DNA of 64,000 nucleotides from NCBI GenBank assembly GCA_963760795.1, contig CAVXEP010000022.1, forward strand, positions 96,001 to 160,000. The letters run 5' to 3'. The number at the start of each line of letters is the position of its first letter. Position 1 is the first letter of the stretch. Shown piece by piece: positions 20,271 to 32,352 of this stretch. The DNA is from an uncultured delta proteobacterium. GTDB taxonomy: Bacteria > Desulfobacterota > Binatia > UBA9968. Position numbers and translations under genes: made by a program. The notes beneath the pieces were generated by a model. It did no database searches, had not been told where the DNA came from, and saw only the letters and a list, made by a program, of their open reading frames with translations.

Positions 20271-20296
20271 GTTGGCCAAGATAAGCTCGAAAGATC

Positions 20297-20530
20297 TTAC
20301 TTGGTTTTTGCCTCTTCTTTCTTCTCCATTGGCTTCTCAGCGGCCTTATCGGCTGCCGGAGCGCCATCCTTGGCCGGCTCAGCGGCCGGCGGCGGTGCTG
20401 GCTCCACTGGCGCTGCCGGAGCTGGCGGCGGCGGTGGCGGTGCTGGCTCCTCCTTCTTGCCACAACCCACAACTGTCAAAGTAAGAGCAAACAACGCAAT
20501 CGCCGACAATGAAACAAATTTGTTCCGCAT
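20297..20530 (-). CDS. Small Pro/Ala-rich lipoprotein
   Basis: aaggaggtg RBS, signal peptide, VVGC lipobox, low-complexity tail. Confidence 0.75.
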   Translation of the reverse strand: MRNKFVSLSAIALFALTLTVVGCGKKEEPAPPPPPPAPAAPVEPAPPPAAEPAKDGAPAADKAAEKPMEKKEEAKTK

Positions 20531-21206
20531 ATCTTTGTTCACCTCCTTTCCCGTCACACATCCCTAGATTTAGTAGCGTTAGTGAATTTTTATTACATAT
20601 GTGGCGCGAAGTTTCAAGTAATCTGCGGACATATATCGTTGCCGGAAAGGAGTTCCAAGGCAAGAAATTTAAGCGACGGCCAAGGACAGATCACCGAATG
20701 GTCAGCGCAAGAGCGTAAGCGACCTGCCAATCGGTAGAGTATGAATGACGACGATTTATTTGCGGCTATCGTGCGCCAACTCTCCTCGATATCGACAACG
20801 ATTGTGCATATCATGTGGATAACTGCCGCGCACTTGCACGGCGCATTGCGAGAAATGCGCTTGCGCAGCCTTTTGCTCAAATTCACAGCTAAATATTAGC
20901 CAACAAATCAGCCATTTGGCATCTTGAGTCAATTTCGCCCCAAGCATCTGCAGAATTAACCATTCGCAGGTTCTTACCCGCGTCGTTCCGGTCCATGGCA
21001 GCGCACGAGCGCAGCGCTTGGCACCTGAACAGACAGCCATTGCCGACTACTTGCTTGCCGAAGCTTCGATGAGAAAGATTTTTGGACAAGAATTTATCCG
21101 GTGAAACCCGCGCGCCATGGCGGCCCATGGCTGAACAGCCAATTGCATTGACTCTCACGGTGGCCGATGTTACAAAAGGTCACGCTAATCTTACTGGAGG
21201 CATTCC

Positions 21207-21479
21207 TTGGCAGATCATCCGTCAGTTGAAAAACGCTATCGGCAAAGCGTCAAACGGCGCACGCGCAACATCGAAATCAAGTCAAAATTGCGCACGCTGA
21301 TGAAAAAAACCCGGCTCGCCATCGAGACGAAAAACCACGAGGCCGCGACCAGCCAAATCCAGGATGTGAACAAAGCCCTCGGCAAAGCCGTGAGCAAAGG
21401 TATCGTCAAGAAAAACACCGCTTCGCGGTGGCTCTCCCGCCTCTCCCGCTCCGCGAACCGCAGCAAATCGGCGAGTTAA
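21207..21479 (+). CDS. rpsT: 30S ribosomal protein S20
   Basis: ADHPSVEKRYRQS...KGIVKKNTASR; GGAGG RBS, TTG start. Confidence 0.95.
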   Translation: MADHPSVEKRYRQSVKRRTRNIEIKSKLRTLMKKTRLAIETKNHEAATSQIQDVNKALGKAVSKGIVKKNTASRWLSRLSRSANRSKSAS

Positions 21480-21605
21480 AGAACTTCCCTGCAACGACAT
21501 CCGACAACCATCCATCGGCGGTGACGCGAGTTGCCGCCGATTTTATTTTACCGACAATGCCACGGTCGGGAATCGGCAGCCGATCCGAGGTGCGGCCAGC
21601 CGCGC

Positions 21606-22229
21606 TTAAAACATCTCCATGATCCGCTGGTGCAGCTCCTTGGCGAAGCGCTCCATCAGCCGGTTGCGGACATCCCTGCGCTCGCCTTCAGTCAATTGAA
21701 TATCGGTCATGCCCCGGACATCGCTGGAGTTTAGCGTGGCGTTGCGGAACTCGGATGAGGTGGTCACCACCGCGGCGCGCGAGCCGTCATGCAGTTCCGC
21801 CAAGCGCACACCCTGACCGCGCCAGAGAATCTCATTGGGCTCGCGCCGCCTCAGAGTAGCGTCCAAGACCAGTATCGATTCATATTGCAGCACCTCGTCG
21901 CGCCGGTTCACTGACGCCACCGAGCTCTCGATCGAACGAACCACGCCGCTAAGTATGATATCGGCCTGGTCCGCAAGATCGACGACCCGGAGCTGGCCAC
22001 GGCGGTAGAACTCACCGCGCAGCGCTGAGGTCAGCTCCTTTTCCGTACCGATATCCCGGCTGCGATTGATAAAAGGTTCGACGAAAACCGTCTGGGCATC
22101 CTTGGGCAGCAGCGACGATTGACCGACCCACTGGTAGCCGCACGCGCTGAACAGCACCAGCCCGGCGCCGGCCAGCACTAGCCGCCAACTACGCGATTGC
22201 CAAACCGACGGATTTAGCATTCTTAACAT
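21606..22229 (-). CDS. lptE: LPS assembly lipoprotein LptE family
   Basis: FSACGY lipobox; position immediately downstream of leuS. Confidence 0.75.
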   Translation of the reverse strand: MLRMLNPSVWQSRSWRLVLAGAGLVLFSACGYQWVGQSSLLPKDAQTVFVEPFINRSRDIGTEKELTSALRGEFYRRGQLRVVDLADQADIILSGVVRSIESSVASVNRRDEVLQYESILVLDATLRRREPNEILWRGQGVRLAELHDGSRAAVVTTSSEFRNATLNSSDVRGMTDIQLTEGERRDVRNRLMERFAKELHQRIMEMF

Positions 22230-22232
22230 GGC

Positions 22233-24831
22233 TCACCCCTCCACCACGATGTTGACTAAACGGCGCGGCACGTAAACCACCCGCTTGATATTTTTCCCGT
22301 CGCAAAAACTTATCACTCTGGCATCCGCCATGGCACTGGCCTCGATGCGCTCTTGGGTTATGTCGGCGGGCACGGTCATCTTGCCGCGGACTTTACCGTT
22401 CACTTGCACGACGATCAACAACTGCTCCTCTTCGAGCGCAGCTTCGGAATAACTCGGCCATGCCACATGATCGAGACGCTCGTCATGGCCCGACTGCTCC
22501 CACAGCTCGCTGGCCACATGCGGTACGAAAGGCGCCAACAACAGCATGATCGACTCCAGCCCCTCGCGGAGGATCGCGGCGCCCGCCGCCTTTTTGGCCG
22601 GCTCTTGAGCCACGGCGCTGAGGGCGTTGAACAGCTCCATGATCGCGGCGATAGCTGTGTTGAAATGAAACCGGCCGTCGATATCGTCAGAAACTTTTTT
22701 GATGGTTCGATGAATCTTCCGGCGCAGGTCGCGCAGTTCGGCATTTGGTTCTTCGCCGGCCCCTGCCACATTCGCAACAGACCACAAGTCGCGATGTTGG
22801 TGTACCAAGCGCCACAATCGAGTGAGAAAGCGGTAGGCGCCTTCGACGCCCTGATCGCTCCACTCGAGGTCCTTTTCCGGCGGCGCGGCAAATAGGGTAA
22901 ACAGCCTGGCGGTATCGGCGCCGTAGGCAGCGATCAATTCTTCCGGATCGATGATGTTCTTTTTCGACTTGGACATCTTCTCGACCCGGCCCTTGTCCAC
23001 AGCTCGGCCACAGTGCGGACATTGCCAACCGTCTTTTTCTGACCTGATCAATTCATTGGGCAACAGCCAACCATGCTCCGCACACTTATAGGTTTCTTTC
23101 GACACCATTCCCTGGGTTAGCAAGTTAGTAAACGGCTCATCGACATGGGTCAGGCCGAGGTCACGCAACGCCTTGGTGAAAAAGCGCGCGTAAAGCAGAT
23201 GCAACACGGCATGCTCGACACCACCAATATACTGATCCACCGCCATCCAGTAGCGTCCTCGCTTGACGTCCACTGGAGCAGCTTCGGTATCAGCCGACGT
23301 GTAGCGCAAGTAATACCAAGACGAGTCGACAAAGGTGTCCATGGTATCGGTCTCACGCCGCGCCTTGCCGCCGCACTGTGGACAATCGACGTGCAGAAAC
23401 GCCGCGCTTTCTTGCAACGGCGAACCGCCTTTACCGGAGAACGGCACGTCCTTGGGCAGCTCCACCGGCAAGCGGTCCTCAGGCACCGGCACGGCGCCGC
23501 ATTTGGCACAGTAAATAATCGGTATCGGCGTGCCCCAATAACGCTGGCGCGACACACCCCAGTCGCGCAGGCGAAAGCGAATCGCTTTCTTGCCAAAGCC
23601 CCGGGCTTCGGCAAAGGCCGCGATCTTTTCCTTGCCGGCGACGTTTGGCGTGCCTGAAAACTCGCCGCTATCGTACATCACGCCTTCGTCGACGTAGGCT
23701 TCTGCCAATCCGCTGGCGGTCAGCTCCTTGTCTTTGGGTTGAATGACCACACGAATCGACAGCGAATATTTTTTGGCGAACTCGAAATCGCGCTGGTCAT
23801 GGGCCGGCACCGCCATCACCGCGCCGGTGCCGTATTCCATCAAGACAAAGTTAGCCAAATAGATCGGCATGTTTTCCCCGGTAAACGGATTGCGGCAGTG
23901 GGCGCCGGTGAACACGCCTTCCTTTTCGCCTTCGTCGGCGCCGCGCTTGGCCTGGCTAATGTTTTTAAAGCGCTCGATAAACTGCTTCACGGCGTTTTCT
24001 TGCGCGGTTCCCGCCGACAATTGCAATGCCAAGCGGATGTTCCACCGCCAACGAGACGAAGGTGGCGCCAAAGATCGTGTCGGGCCGGGTGGTAAATATT
24101 TTGAGCGCGCCGTTGTGACCGACCAGCGGAAATTCGATCTCGGCGCCAATCGATTTGCCGATCCAATTGCGCTGCATGGTCAGAACTTTATCCGGCCAAC
24201 CGGTCAACTGGTCGAGATCTTTGAGCAACTCTTCGGCATAGTCGGTAATACGAAAAAACCACTGCTCCAACTCTTTTTGCGCGACGCTGGAATCGCAGCG
24301 CCAACAAGCGCCGTCGATTACCTGCTCGTTGGCCAGCACGGTGGCGCAGGACGGACACCAGTTGACGAAGGAACTTTTTTTGTAAGCCAGCCCCTTTTTG
24401 TAGAACTGCAAAAAGATCCATTGATTCCAGCGGTAATATTCCGGCTGGCAGGTGGCCAGCTCACGGTGCCAATCGTAGGACAGACCCATGCGCTGCAACT
24501 GGGTCTTCATGTAGAGAATATTTTCCTGGGTCCAGGCTTGCGGATGCACCTTACGCTCGATGGCGGCGTTCTCCGCCGGCAGGCCGAAGGCATCCCAACC
24601 CATCGGATGAAGAACATTGTAACCGCGCATGCGCTTGCAGCGCGCCACCACATCGCCGATGGAATAGTTGCGCACATGGCCCATGTGAATGCGCCCGGAG
24701 GGATAAGGAAACATCTCAAGGACATAATACTTGGGCTTGGCGGGGTCTTCGATGACGTGAAACGCTTGCTCCTCGGCCCAGATTTTTTGCCACTTCTCTT
24801 CGATCGATTTGGCTTGGTAACGCTCATCCAT
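22233..24831 (-). CDS. leuS: Leucyl-tRNA synthetase; single frameshift near 24033
   Basis: [31 protein letters not shown] across ORFs 23965-25017 and 22233-24149. Confidence 0.95.
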
Positions 24832-24841
24832 GACCGACGAC

Positions 24842-25252
24842 CTATGCAGATTTACCGGCGCTCGATTTGGCGATTTGATCGAGCACGCCATTGATGAAAC
24901 CGGCCGAATCCTCGCTGCCGAAGCGCTTGGCGATCTCCACCGCCTCGTCGAGGCTAACCGGCACCGGAATATCCGGGCAGAACACCACTTCGTAGGCCGC
25001 CAAGCGCAACAGCTCATGTTCGACTTTGGCGAGCCGCGCCAATGTCCAGTTCTCCGTGGACTGATCGATCAAGCGGTCGAGCTCCGGCCGCTGGCTGACC
25101 ACGCCGGAAACCAACCGGCGGGCAAACTCCTTGGCCTTGGCGCCGCCTTCAAAATGCTGCAGGAACAAGTCCACCGCGGCCATGGAGGAGTCGCCGGTAA
25201 TTTCGATTTGATAGAGCGCTTGGAGAGCTAGTTCGCGCCCTTTGCGGCGCAT
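24842..25252 (-). CDS. nusB: Transcription antitermination factor NusB
   Basis: [30 protein letters not shown]. Confidence 0.95.
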   Translation of the reverse strand: MRRKGRELALQALYQIEITGDSSMAAVDLFLQHFEGGAKAKEFARRLVSGVVSQRPELDRLIDQSTENWTLARLAKVEHELLRLAAYEVVFCPDIPVPVSLDEAVEIAKRFGSEDSAGFINGVLDQIAKSSAGKSA

Positions 25253-25336
25253 GGTGCGCGGGGCGATGGGTGCAGTGTCGGATGAATCCTGTGACAATGG
25301 TCGCTCGCGTTGACTGGCGGAGAAGCACACGGAAAG

Positions 25337-25804
25337 TTAAGCTACCTGTCGGAGCACGTTGACCATCTCGACGGCAACCAGCAGGGCCTCATAACCTTTG
25401 TTGGCATCTTTGCTGCCGGCGCGGTCCATCGCCTGTTGGACATTGTCGGTGGTCAGGACACCGAATCCCACCGGGATCTTGTAGGTCTTGACCGCGTCTC
25501 CCACCCCTTTCGTAACCGCCTCACAAACATAGTCAAAGTGCGGCGTATCGCCACGAATCACCGCGCCCAAACAGACCAGCGCGTCGTATTTGCCGCTGGC
25601 CGCCATCTTGTCGGCGACGATGGGAATCTCAAACGCTCCCGGCACCCGAACGACGGTCAAATCGCCATCCGCGCCGCCGTGGCTGGAAAAACCGTCCAGC
25701 GCGCCTTCGAGCAAGCGCTCGGTGACGAAACTGTTGAAGCGGCTGACGACGATGCCGATCTTCAACCCCTGGGCATCCGGTTTTCCTTCGAGAATATTGG
25801 CCAT
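25337..25804 (-). CDS. ribH: 6,7-dimethyl-8-ribityllumazine synthase
   Basis: [27 protein letters not shown]. Confidence 0.97.
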   Translation of the reverse strand: MANILEGKPDAQGLKIGIVVSRFNSFVTERLLEGALDGFSSHGGADGDLTVVRVPGAFEIPIVADKMAASGKYDALVCLGAVIRGDTPHFDYVCEAVTKGVGDAVKTYKIPVGFGVLTTDNVQQAMDRAGSKDANKGYEALLVAVEMVNVLRQVA

Positions 25805-25826
25805 GGAGAAATGCCGTCCGCCGGGC

Positions 25827-27053
25827 TTAGCGCTTGGCGCTTTTGTCGTCGAGATTCGACAGCATATGGCCGAGCTTATGCTGCTTGGTGCGCAGGTAAT
25901 GAATGTTGGTCTTGAGCGGCTGGGCTTCCAACGGCACTCGCTCGATCACTTTCACGCCGTAATTTTCCAAACCGGAAATCTTGCGCGGATTGTTGGTCAA
26001 GAGCGACACGTTTTCGACGTGCAAATCGCGCAGGATCTGCGCGCCGATGCCATAATCGCGCAGGTCCTCTTTAAATCCCAACTCGAGATTGGCTTCGACG
26101 GTATCGCGCCCCTGGTCCTGCAGCGCATAGGCTTTGATCTTGTTAGTGAGACCGATGCCACGCCCTTCTTGATGCATATACACCAAGACGCCGCAACCTT
26201 GGTCGTCGATCCGCCGCAAGGACTCGCGAATCTGATCGCCGCAATCGCAGCGTTCGGAACCGAAGACATCACCGGTCAGACATTCCGAATGCAAACGCAC
26301 CAGAACCTTCGAAACTTTGGAAATATCGCCTTTGACCAACGCCATATGCTCGGCGCCGTCCACCGCATTGCGGTACACGATCGCTCGATATTGGCCGCCA
26401 TGCAGCGTCGGAAAGGCTTCTTCGGCGACGCGGCGCACTAAGCTTTCATTACGCAGCCGGTAGGCGATCAGGCTCGCCACCGAGAGAATTCTTAGACCAT
26501 GACGCTGCGCCAATAATTCTAACGAAGGCAACAGCGCCACCGAACCATCTTCATCCAAGATTTGGCAGATCGCCCCCGCCGGCTTGAATCCGGCAAGCCT
26601 GGCGAGATCCACCGAAGCATCGGTGCGACCTGAGCGAGCCAAGACACCGCCGCTGCGGGCCTGCAGTGGCTGGACATGGCCCGGTACCATGAGATCTTCA
26701 TGCTTGGTATGGTCGGCAACGACAGCACGAATCGTGTGCGCCCGCCCCTGGGCGGAAACCCCATGCACGCCTGGCAAATTGACCGAGAACGCCGCGCCGC
26801 AAAGGAGACCAGACAGCCGGCTATTTTCTTCAGGTACCAAAGGCACGCCCAATTCGCGGACGCGCTCGTCGGTCAAGGTCACATAAATGATCCCCCGGCC
26901 ATGATGCATCATGAAATTGATGCTTTCGGGCGAAACCCTTTCCGCAGCCATGCACAAGAATCCGTCATCCTCGGGGGTGTCCTCGTTGATCAGGATCACC
27001 ATCCGGCCGGCGCCGATATCTTCCAGGCCCTGTTCGATTGTCGCGATCGCCAT
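25827..27053 (-). CDS. ribBA: RibBA-type protein: intact GTP cyclohydrolase II with a degenerate DHBP synthase domain
   Basis: [29 protein letters not shown] intact; N-domain motifs altered. Confidence 0.9.
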   Translation of the reverse strand: MAIATIEQGLEDIGAGRMVILINEDTPEDDGFLCMAAERVSPESINFMMHHGRGIIYVTLTDERVRELGVPLVPEENSRLSGLLCGAAFSVNLPGVHGVSAQGRAHTIRAVVADHTKHEDLMVPGHVQPLQARSGGVLARSGRTDASVDLARLAGFKPAGAICQILDEDGSVALLPSLELLAQRHGLRILSVASLIAYRLRNESLVRRVAEEAFPTLHGGQYRAIVYRNAVDGAEHMALVKGDISKVSKVLVRLHSECLTGDVFGSERCDCGDQIRESLRRIDDQGCGVLVYMHQEGRGIGLTNKIKAYALQDQGRDTVEANLELGFKEDLRDYGIGAQILRDLHVENVSLLTNNPRKISGLENYGVKVIERVPLEAQPLKTNIHYLRTKQHKLGHMLSNLDDKSAKR

Positions 27054-27083
27054 GATTTGATTAAATTAATTTAAAACGAAACC

Positions 27084-27677
27084 TTAGCTGGGTTTTGCCA
27101 GGAAACTATGAACATATTTACCGATTAAATCGGTTTCGATGTTGACCTTATCACCAAGCCTACGGCCCTGCAAATTAGTGTGCTGCAAGGTAAACGGAAT
27201 GATCGCCACGGCAAAACGCTGGCGCCGGCACTGGTTGACTGTGAGACTGATGCCGTCCACCGCCACCGAACCCTTTGAGACCAGTAAACGCCCCAACTCA
27301 TTGGCGACTCGAAAAGTAAAGATGGTAAAGTCCCCCTGCTTTTCAATCGCCGCGATGGTGCCGACGCCATCAACGTGTCCCGTGACCAAATGGCCGCCGA
27401 GTCGCTCGTTCAAGCGCATCGGCTGCTCGAGATTGACCAGGCTACCGGGTTTGAGCGCGCCCAAGTCGGTGCATGCCAGCGTCTCTGGTGACACGTCAAC
27501 GGTGAACGCGTTTTTGAGTTTCTTGACGACGGTCAAGCAGGCGCCATTGACCGCGACGCTCGCCCCCATGGCCATCTTTCCAACCGGCAATTTGGTTCGC
27601 ACCGTCACAACCGCCGAACCGTTGCGCAAACGCAAGGCGGCGATCTTGCCAACATCTTCGATCAACCCGGTAAACAT
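27084..27677 (-). CDS. ribE: Riboflavin synthase
   Basis: MFTGLIE, NGACLTV, GGHLVTGHVDG. Confidence 0.95.
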   Translation of the reverse strand: MFTGLIEDVGKIAALRLRNGSAVVTVRTKLPVGKMAMGASVAVNGACLTVVKKLKNAFTVDVSPETLACTDLGALKPGSLVNLEQPMRLNERLGGHLVTGHVDGVGTIAAIEKQGDFTIFTFRVANELGRLLVSKGSVAVDGISLTVNQCRRQRFAVAIIPFTLQHTNLQGRRLGDKVNIETDLIGKYVHSFLAKPS

Positions 27678-27680
27678 TCG

Positions 27681-28797
27681 TTAACCAAACCTCATAAATA
27701 TCCCGATAGCAATAAATCTTCGCCGGACCGGCGCATGTGCGAAGCGCCGGAGCGTTAGCGCCCGCGCCATTTTGCCAACGCCAAGCGGTCCGATCATCGC
27801 CCGGCCATCAGCTCCGACGATTTTCGGCGCGTAGAACAGTTCCATTTTGTCGACGATCTTGTTCTTGAGCGCCGATGCCGCCACCTTGGCGCCGCCCTCG
27901 ATCAATACGGTAACAACGCCGATGCCGGCGAGTTTGCGCAACAGCGGCCGCCACGCCACCTGATCATTGCGGCTGGGCAAGCGCCAGACGGTCAACGCCC
28001 AACTTTTCCAACGCCCGCACTTTTTTCACTGGCGCCTGCTTCGTAGCCGCGATGATGGTTTTGCCGGCGTCGGGCAAATGCAATAGCTGCGCCGTTGGCG
28101 CAATCCGCAGCCGGCTATCGAGCACCACGCGGTAAGGATTGCGCCCACCGGCAATGCGGCAAGTTAGCAGCGGATCGTCGGCGCGCACCGTGCCCGCGCC
28201 GACCAGCACAGCGTCCATTTCATTGCGCCAGCGGTGCACCCGCGCGCGCGAGTGCTCGCTGCTGATCCAACGGGCGTCGCCGCTGGCGCTGGCGATCTTG
28301 CCGTCGAGCGTCGCCGCCAATTTGACCGTGACGAAGGGAAACCGTTTGGTGATGAATTTGGCGAAGGGTTCGATGAGCTCGGCGCATTCTTCTAGGCACG
28401 AACCTTCGGACACTGTGATACCGGCACGGCGCAATTGCTGGAAGCCTCGCCCGGCGACCAAAGGATTGGGGTCCTTGATACCGGCAACTACTTGACGGAC
28501 CCCGGCGGCGATCAGCGCCCGTGTGCACGGCGGTGTGCGTCCTTGATGGCTGCAAGGTTCAAGGGTGATATAGAGTGTCGCCCCCTTGGCCTTGGCGCCG
28601 GCTTGTTTGAGCGCATTGATTTCGGCGTGCGCGCCACCGGCAAAATGGTGATAGCCGGCGCCGACGATCTTGCCGCCACGCACGAGCACCGCCCCGACCA
28701 TCGGATTGGGGCTAGTTCGTCCCGCGGCCCGGCGCGCCAAACGACAGGCTTGGCGCAGATAGCGCTGCTCTTGCTCGGATCCTCGGGCGCCGGCCAA
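27681..28797 (-). CDS. ribD: Riboflavin biosynthesis deaminase/reductase; frameshifts near 27990 and 27735
   Basis: PNPMVG, HAE, LEPCSH, TPPC, then LIEGG in ORF 27681-27995. Confidence 0.92.
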
Positions 28798-28799
28798 CG

Positions 28800-29303
28800 C
28801 TATTCCCTTCTCGGGCGTGAGTCGCCGGGTTTGGTGTGCGGCCCACTCTTGCGCTCTTTGATCAGTTCTTCGAGTTCGACCATGAATTCGCCGATGTCTT
28901 TGAACGACCGGTACACCGAGGCAAAGCGCACATAGGCCACTGGATCGGTATCATGGAGTTCGCGCATGAGCGCTTCACCGATAACCGAACTGATGATTTC
29001 TTTTTCGCCGCGCTCTTGCAACGTGCGTTCAATGCGGTCGGCGATCGCTTCAATGGTATTGATGCTGACCGGCCGCTTCTCGCAGGCGCGCTTGAGACCA
29101 TTGATGATCTTGACCCGGTCATAGCCTTCGCGCCGGCCATCCTTCTTGACCACCAGCGGCATCATTTCCTCAACCCGCTCGTAGGTGGTGAAGCGCCGGG
29201 TACAGCGCTCGCACTCGCGCCGGCGGCGCACCATGTTGCTGTCCTTACTCAAGCGCGAATCGATCACTCGATTCTCGATCTCATGGCAAAAGGGACACTT
29301 CAT
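28800..29303 (-). CDS. nrdR: Transcriptional repressor NrdR
   Basis: [25 protein letters not shown]. Confidence 0.97.
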   Translation of the reverse strand: MKCPFCHEIENRVIDSRLSKDSNMVRRRRECERCTRRFTTYERVEEMMPLVVKKDGRREGYDRVKIINGLKRACEKRPVSINTIEAIADRIERTLQERGEKEIISSVIGEALMRELHDTDPVAYVRFASVYRSFKDIGEFMVELEELIKERKSGPHTKPGDSRPRRE

Positions 29304-29317
29304 AGTTTAAAAAGTCG

Positions 29318-29402
29318 AGGATGGAGGATCGAAGATCGAATGTCTTACTTGGCCATCCTCGATCGTCGATCTTCGGCCTGCTATCCTCTATCTCAATCCT
29401 CC
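29318..29402. repeat. Intergenic heptamer-based palindromic repeat
   Basis: ggatgga/ggatcga/agatcga units opposed by atcctcg/atcgtcg/atcttcg units; similar element at 51333-51387. Confidence 0.6.
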
Positions 29403-29423
29403 CTCAGCGACCCAAACCGACGG

Positions 29424-30677
29424 CTAAGCCTTCGCTAAACGGTGCGGATAGACGGGAAATTTCTTACACAGCGCGCCGACATCGTCGGCCACTGCGCGAA
29501 GTTTGCTTTCGTCACCCACGGCGCCCAACGCCCGGGCGATCAAGGCACCGATCTGGGTCATTTCTTTTTCTTTCATGCCGCGGCTGGTCACCGCCGGTGT
29601 GCCAATGCGTATGCCACTGGTGACAAACGGCGAGCGGGTATCGAAGGGAATGCCGTTCTTGTTGACGGTGATGCGCGCATTGTCCAAGGTCTCCTGGGCA
29701 ACTTTGCCGGTGATCTCCGATTTGCGCAGATCCACCAGCATCAGATGATTGTCGGTGCCGTCGGAGGTCAAACGAAAACCATTGGCCATGAGCGCTTGCG
29801 CCAAAGCCTGGGCATTTTTGACGATTTGTTGTTGATAGATCTTGAACTCCGGGCTCAACGCCTCTTTGAGCGCCACCGCTTTGGCGGCGATCACATGCAT
29901 CAACGGTCCGCCCTGCATGCCGGGAAAAACCCGGCTGTCAACAATCTTCGCATGCTCCGATTTACACAGCATCATGCCGCCGCGCGGCCCGCGCAAGGTC
30001 TTGTGGGTCGTCGTGGTGACGAAATCGGCGTAGGGCACCGGACTCGGATGCAGCCCCGCCGCTACCAAGCCGGCGATATGCGCCATGTCGACCATTAATA
30101 ACGCGCCAATATCATCGGCGATCTTACGAAAGCGCGGAAAGTCGATGATGCGAGGATAAGCGCTGGCGCCGGCGATGACCAACTTGGGCCGATGCTCCCT
30201 GGCCAGCCGTTCGACCTCATCGTAGTCGATGGTTTCAGTCTTCTCGGAAACGCCGTAGGGAATCACGTTGTAGATAAAACCGGAAAAATTTACCGGACTG
30301 CCCATCGACAAATGGCCGCCGTGAGCCAGGTTCATGCCGAGATAGCTGTCGCCCGGTTTCAACACCGCAAGGTAAACGGTCATGTTGGCCTGGGAGCCGG
30401 AGTGCGGCTGGACATTGGCGTGTTCGGCGCCGAACAGCTCTTTAGCCCTGGCGATCGCCAGTGATTCGACTTCGTCGACAAACTCACAGCCGCCGTAATA
30501 TCGTTTGCCCGGATAACCCTCGGCATATTTGTTGGTCATCACCGAGCCCTGAGCTTCCAGCACCGCTTCGCTGACGACGTTTTCCGAGGCGATGAGTTCG
30601 AGATTACCCTCCAAACGCCGGGTTTCCCGTTGAATTGCGGCGAACACATCCGCGTCTACCTGTTCGAGAAATGACAT
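29424..30677 (-). CDS. glyA: Serine hydroxymethyltransferase
   Basis: [35 protein letters not shown]. Confidence 0.97.
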   Translation of the reverse strand: MSFLEQVDADVFAAIQRETRRLEGNLELIASENVVSEAVLEAQGSVMTNKYAEGYPGKRYYGGCEFVDEVESLAIARAKELFGAEHANVQPHSGSQANMTVYLAVLKPGDSYLGMNLAHGGHLSMGSPVNFSGFIYNVIPYGVSEKTETIDYDEVERLAREHRPKLVIAGASAYPRIIDFPRFRKIADDIGALLMVDMAHIAGLVAAGLHPSPVPYADFVTTTTHKTLRGPRGGMMLCKSEHAKIVDSRVFPGMQGGPLMHVIAAKAVALKEALSPEFKIYQQQIVKNAQALAQALMANGFRLTSDGTDNHLMLVDLRKSEITGKVAQETLDNARITVNKNGIPFDTRSPFVTSGIRIGTPAVTSRGMKEKEMTQIGALIARALGAVGDESKLRAVADDVGALCKKFPVYPHRLAKA

Positions 30678-30696
30678 GACTTTTCCTTTGAAAAAT

Positions 30697-31167
30697 TTAC
30701 GGTTTTGGCTGATCTTTAGAGCCCTTGGCAATTTCCTGCTCAACCTGAGTAATCTTATCGACCCGGTGCTGGTGGCGGCCGCCGGCAAATTCCGTGGTTA
30801 GCCAGGTATTGATAATCGCTTGCGCCAATGGTGCGGCGGTTCTGGCGCCGCTTAGAACCAAAATATTGGCATCGTTATGCTCTCGGCTCGAACGCGCGCC
30901 ATCAACATCACCTACCAACGCCGCGCGCACGCCAGGAAATTTATTAGCGACGATGGACATGCCGATGCCGGTGGTGCAGATCAACACACCGCGCTCGGCT
31001 TGGCCGGCGGACACTCGTTCGGAGACTCCCCTGGCATAGTCGGGATAGTCCACCGACTCCCGGCCCTGGGTGCCAAGATCGCAGACCTCCACGCCCGTGG
31101 CGCGCAGGTAGCCGACGAGAAAATCTTTTAACTCCACACCGCCGTGGTCACAGCCGATGGCGATCAT
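30697..31167 (-). CDS. rpiB: Ribose 5-phosphate isomerase B
   Basis: GCDHGG, VDYPD, CTTGIG, HNDANIL, GGRH. Confidence 0.95.
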   Translation of the reverse strand: MIAIGCDHGGVELKDFLVGYLRATGVEVCDLGTQGRESVDYPDYARGVSERVSAGQAERGVLICTTGIGMSIVANKFPGVRAALVGDVDGARSSREHNDANILVLSGARTAAPLAQAIINTWLTTEFAGGRHQHRVDKITQVEQEIAKGSKDQPKP

Positions 31168-31342
31168 GATGTCACGCTGTCCACGCCTGAGATCATAGCC
31201 CGACGCAATTCAGAAAATGCCAAATGCCAAAGCTCAGGCAACGAGTAACCTGCGCTTCAGCGACTCGAATACGATATTGCAGTGACAAAGTCCGCGGCGC
31301 TGGCCGCCGGTTCACTGAGCAGCGGCGTACGGACAAAGGCGG

Positions 31343-31579
31343 TTATCGATGCGCCTCGATGTAGGTGATGATGTCCTGAACGGTCTTGATCTTCTCGGCG
31401 TCTTCGTCGGAGATTTCCATCTCATATTCCTCTTCCAGCGCCATCACCAGCTCGACGATGTCCAACGAGTCCGCGCCCAAATCCTCGATGAACGAAGCCT
31501 CCGGGGTTACCTCTTCGGCACTTACGCCGAGTTGCTCGCAAACTATTTCCTTCACTCTATCCTTAATCGATCCCGCCAT
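31343..31579 (-). CDS. acpP: Acyl carrier protein
   Basis: [19 protein letters not shown]. Confidence 0.97.
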   Translation of the reverse strand: MAGSIKDRVKEIVCEQLGVSAEEVTPEASFIEDLGADSLDIVELVMALEEEYEMEISDEDAEKIKTVQDIITYIEAHR

Positions 31580-31604
31580 CTTCACTTACCTCCTCTTAAT
31601 ATCC

Positions 31605-32351
31605 TTACATGTATAGTCCGCCGTTGACGTTAAATACTTGGCCGGTCACATAGCTGCCGGCAGGTCCGGCTAGAAACACAACCATATCGGCGACTTCCTG
31701 GCAAGTGCCGAAGCGCCCCAAGGGAATGGAACGGAGAAAATCCTCGCGCAAGTTATCCGGCAAGCGCACCGTCATATCGCTATCGATGAAACCCGGCGCA
31801 ACCGCGTTGACGGTAATGGCGCGCGACGCCAATTCCCGCGCCATCGCTTTGGTAAAGCCGATAATGCCGGCTTTGGACGCGGCATAAAGCGACTGCCCGA
31901 CGTTGCCGGTTTGGCCAACCACCGACGACAGATTGACGATACGTCCCGCCCGCTGCTTGATCATTTGGCGCGAGACGACTTTGGTGCACAGGATCGTGCC
32001 TTTAAGATTGGTGCCGATGACTTGATCCCAATCGCTTGACTTCATGCGCATCAGCAAACTATCCGCGGTGACCCCGGCATTGTTGACCAGGATATCGAGG
32101 GTTTTATGCGCGTCGACGATATTTTTAACCGCGACTGCAACCTGGGTCTCATCGGCTATGTCGAAAGCACTGAGCTCGCCGTTACCACTAGCGGCCTGCA
32201 ATAAGCTAAGCGTCTCTTCCGCCGCTGGCTGGTTGACTTTGTAATTGATCACCACATGGGCGCCGGCTTGGCCGAGGGCCAGTGCAATCGCCCTACCGAT
32301 TCCCCGGCTAGCGCCGGTGACCAACGCGATCTGACCTTGAAGATTTGCCAT
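31605..32351 (-). CDS. fabG: 3-oxoacyl-ACP reductase
   Basis: TGASRGIG, NNAG, YAASK; fab cluster context. Confidence 0.95.
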   Translation of the reverse strand: MANLQGQIALVTGASRGIGRAIALALGQAGAHVVINYKVNQPAAEETLSLLQAASGNGELSAFDIADETQVAVAVKNIVDAHKTLDILVNNAGVTADSLLMRMKSSDWDQVIGTNLKGTILCTKVVSRQMIKQRAGRIVNLSSVVGQTGNVGQSLYAASKAGIIGFTKAMARELASRAITVNAVAPGFIDSDMTVRLPDNLREDFLRSIPLGRFGTCQEVADMVVFLAGPAGSYVTGQVFNVNGGLYM

Positions 32352-32352
32352 G

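Noticed and set aside
22233-24831. Naturally split (two-subunit) or recoded LeuRS
   Set aside because: One extra base near 24033 explains it; there is no RBS or start for a second subunit, and similar indels occur throughout the window
28798-29423. FMN riboswitch upstream of the rib genes
   Set aside because: nrdR abuts ribD, and the nearby intergenic DNA is a heptamer repeat with no RFN consensus
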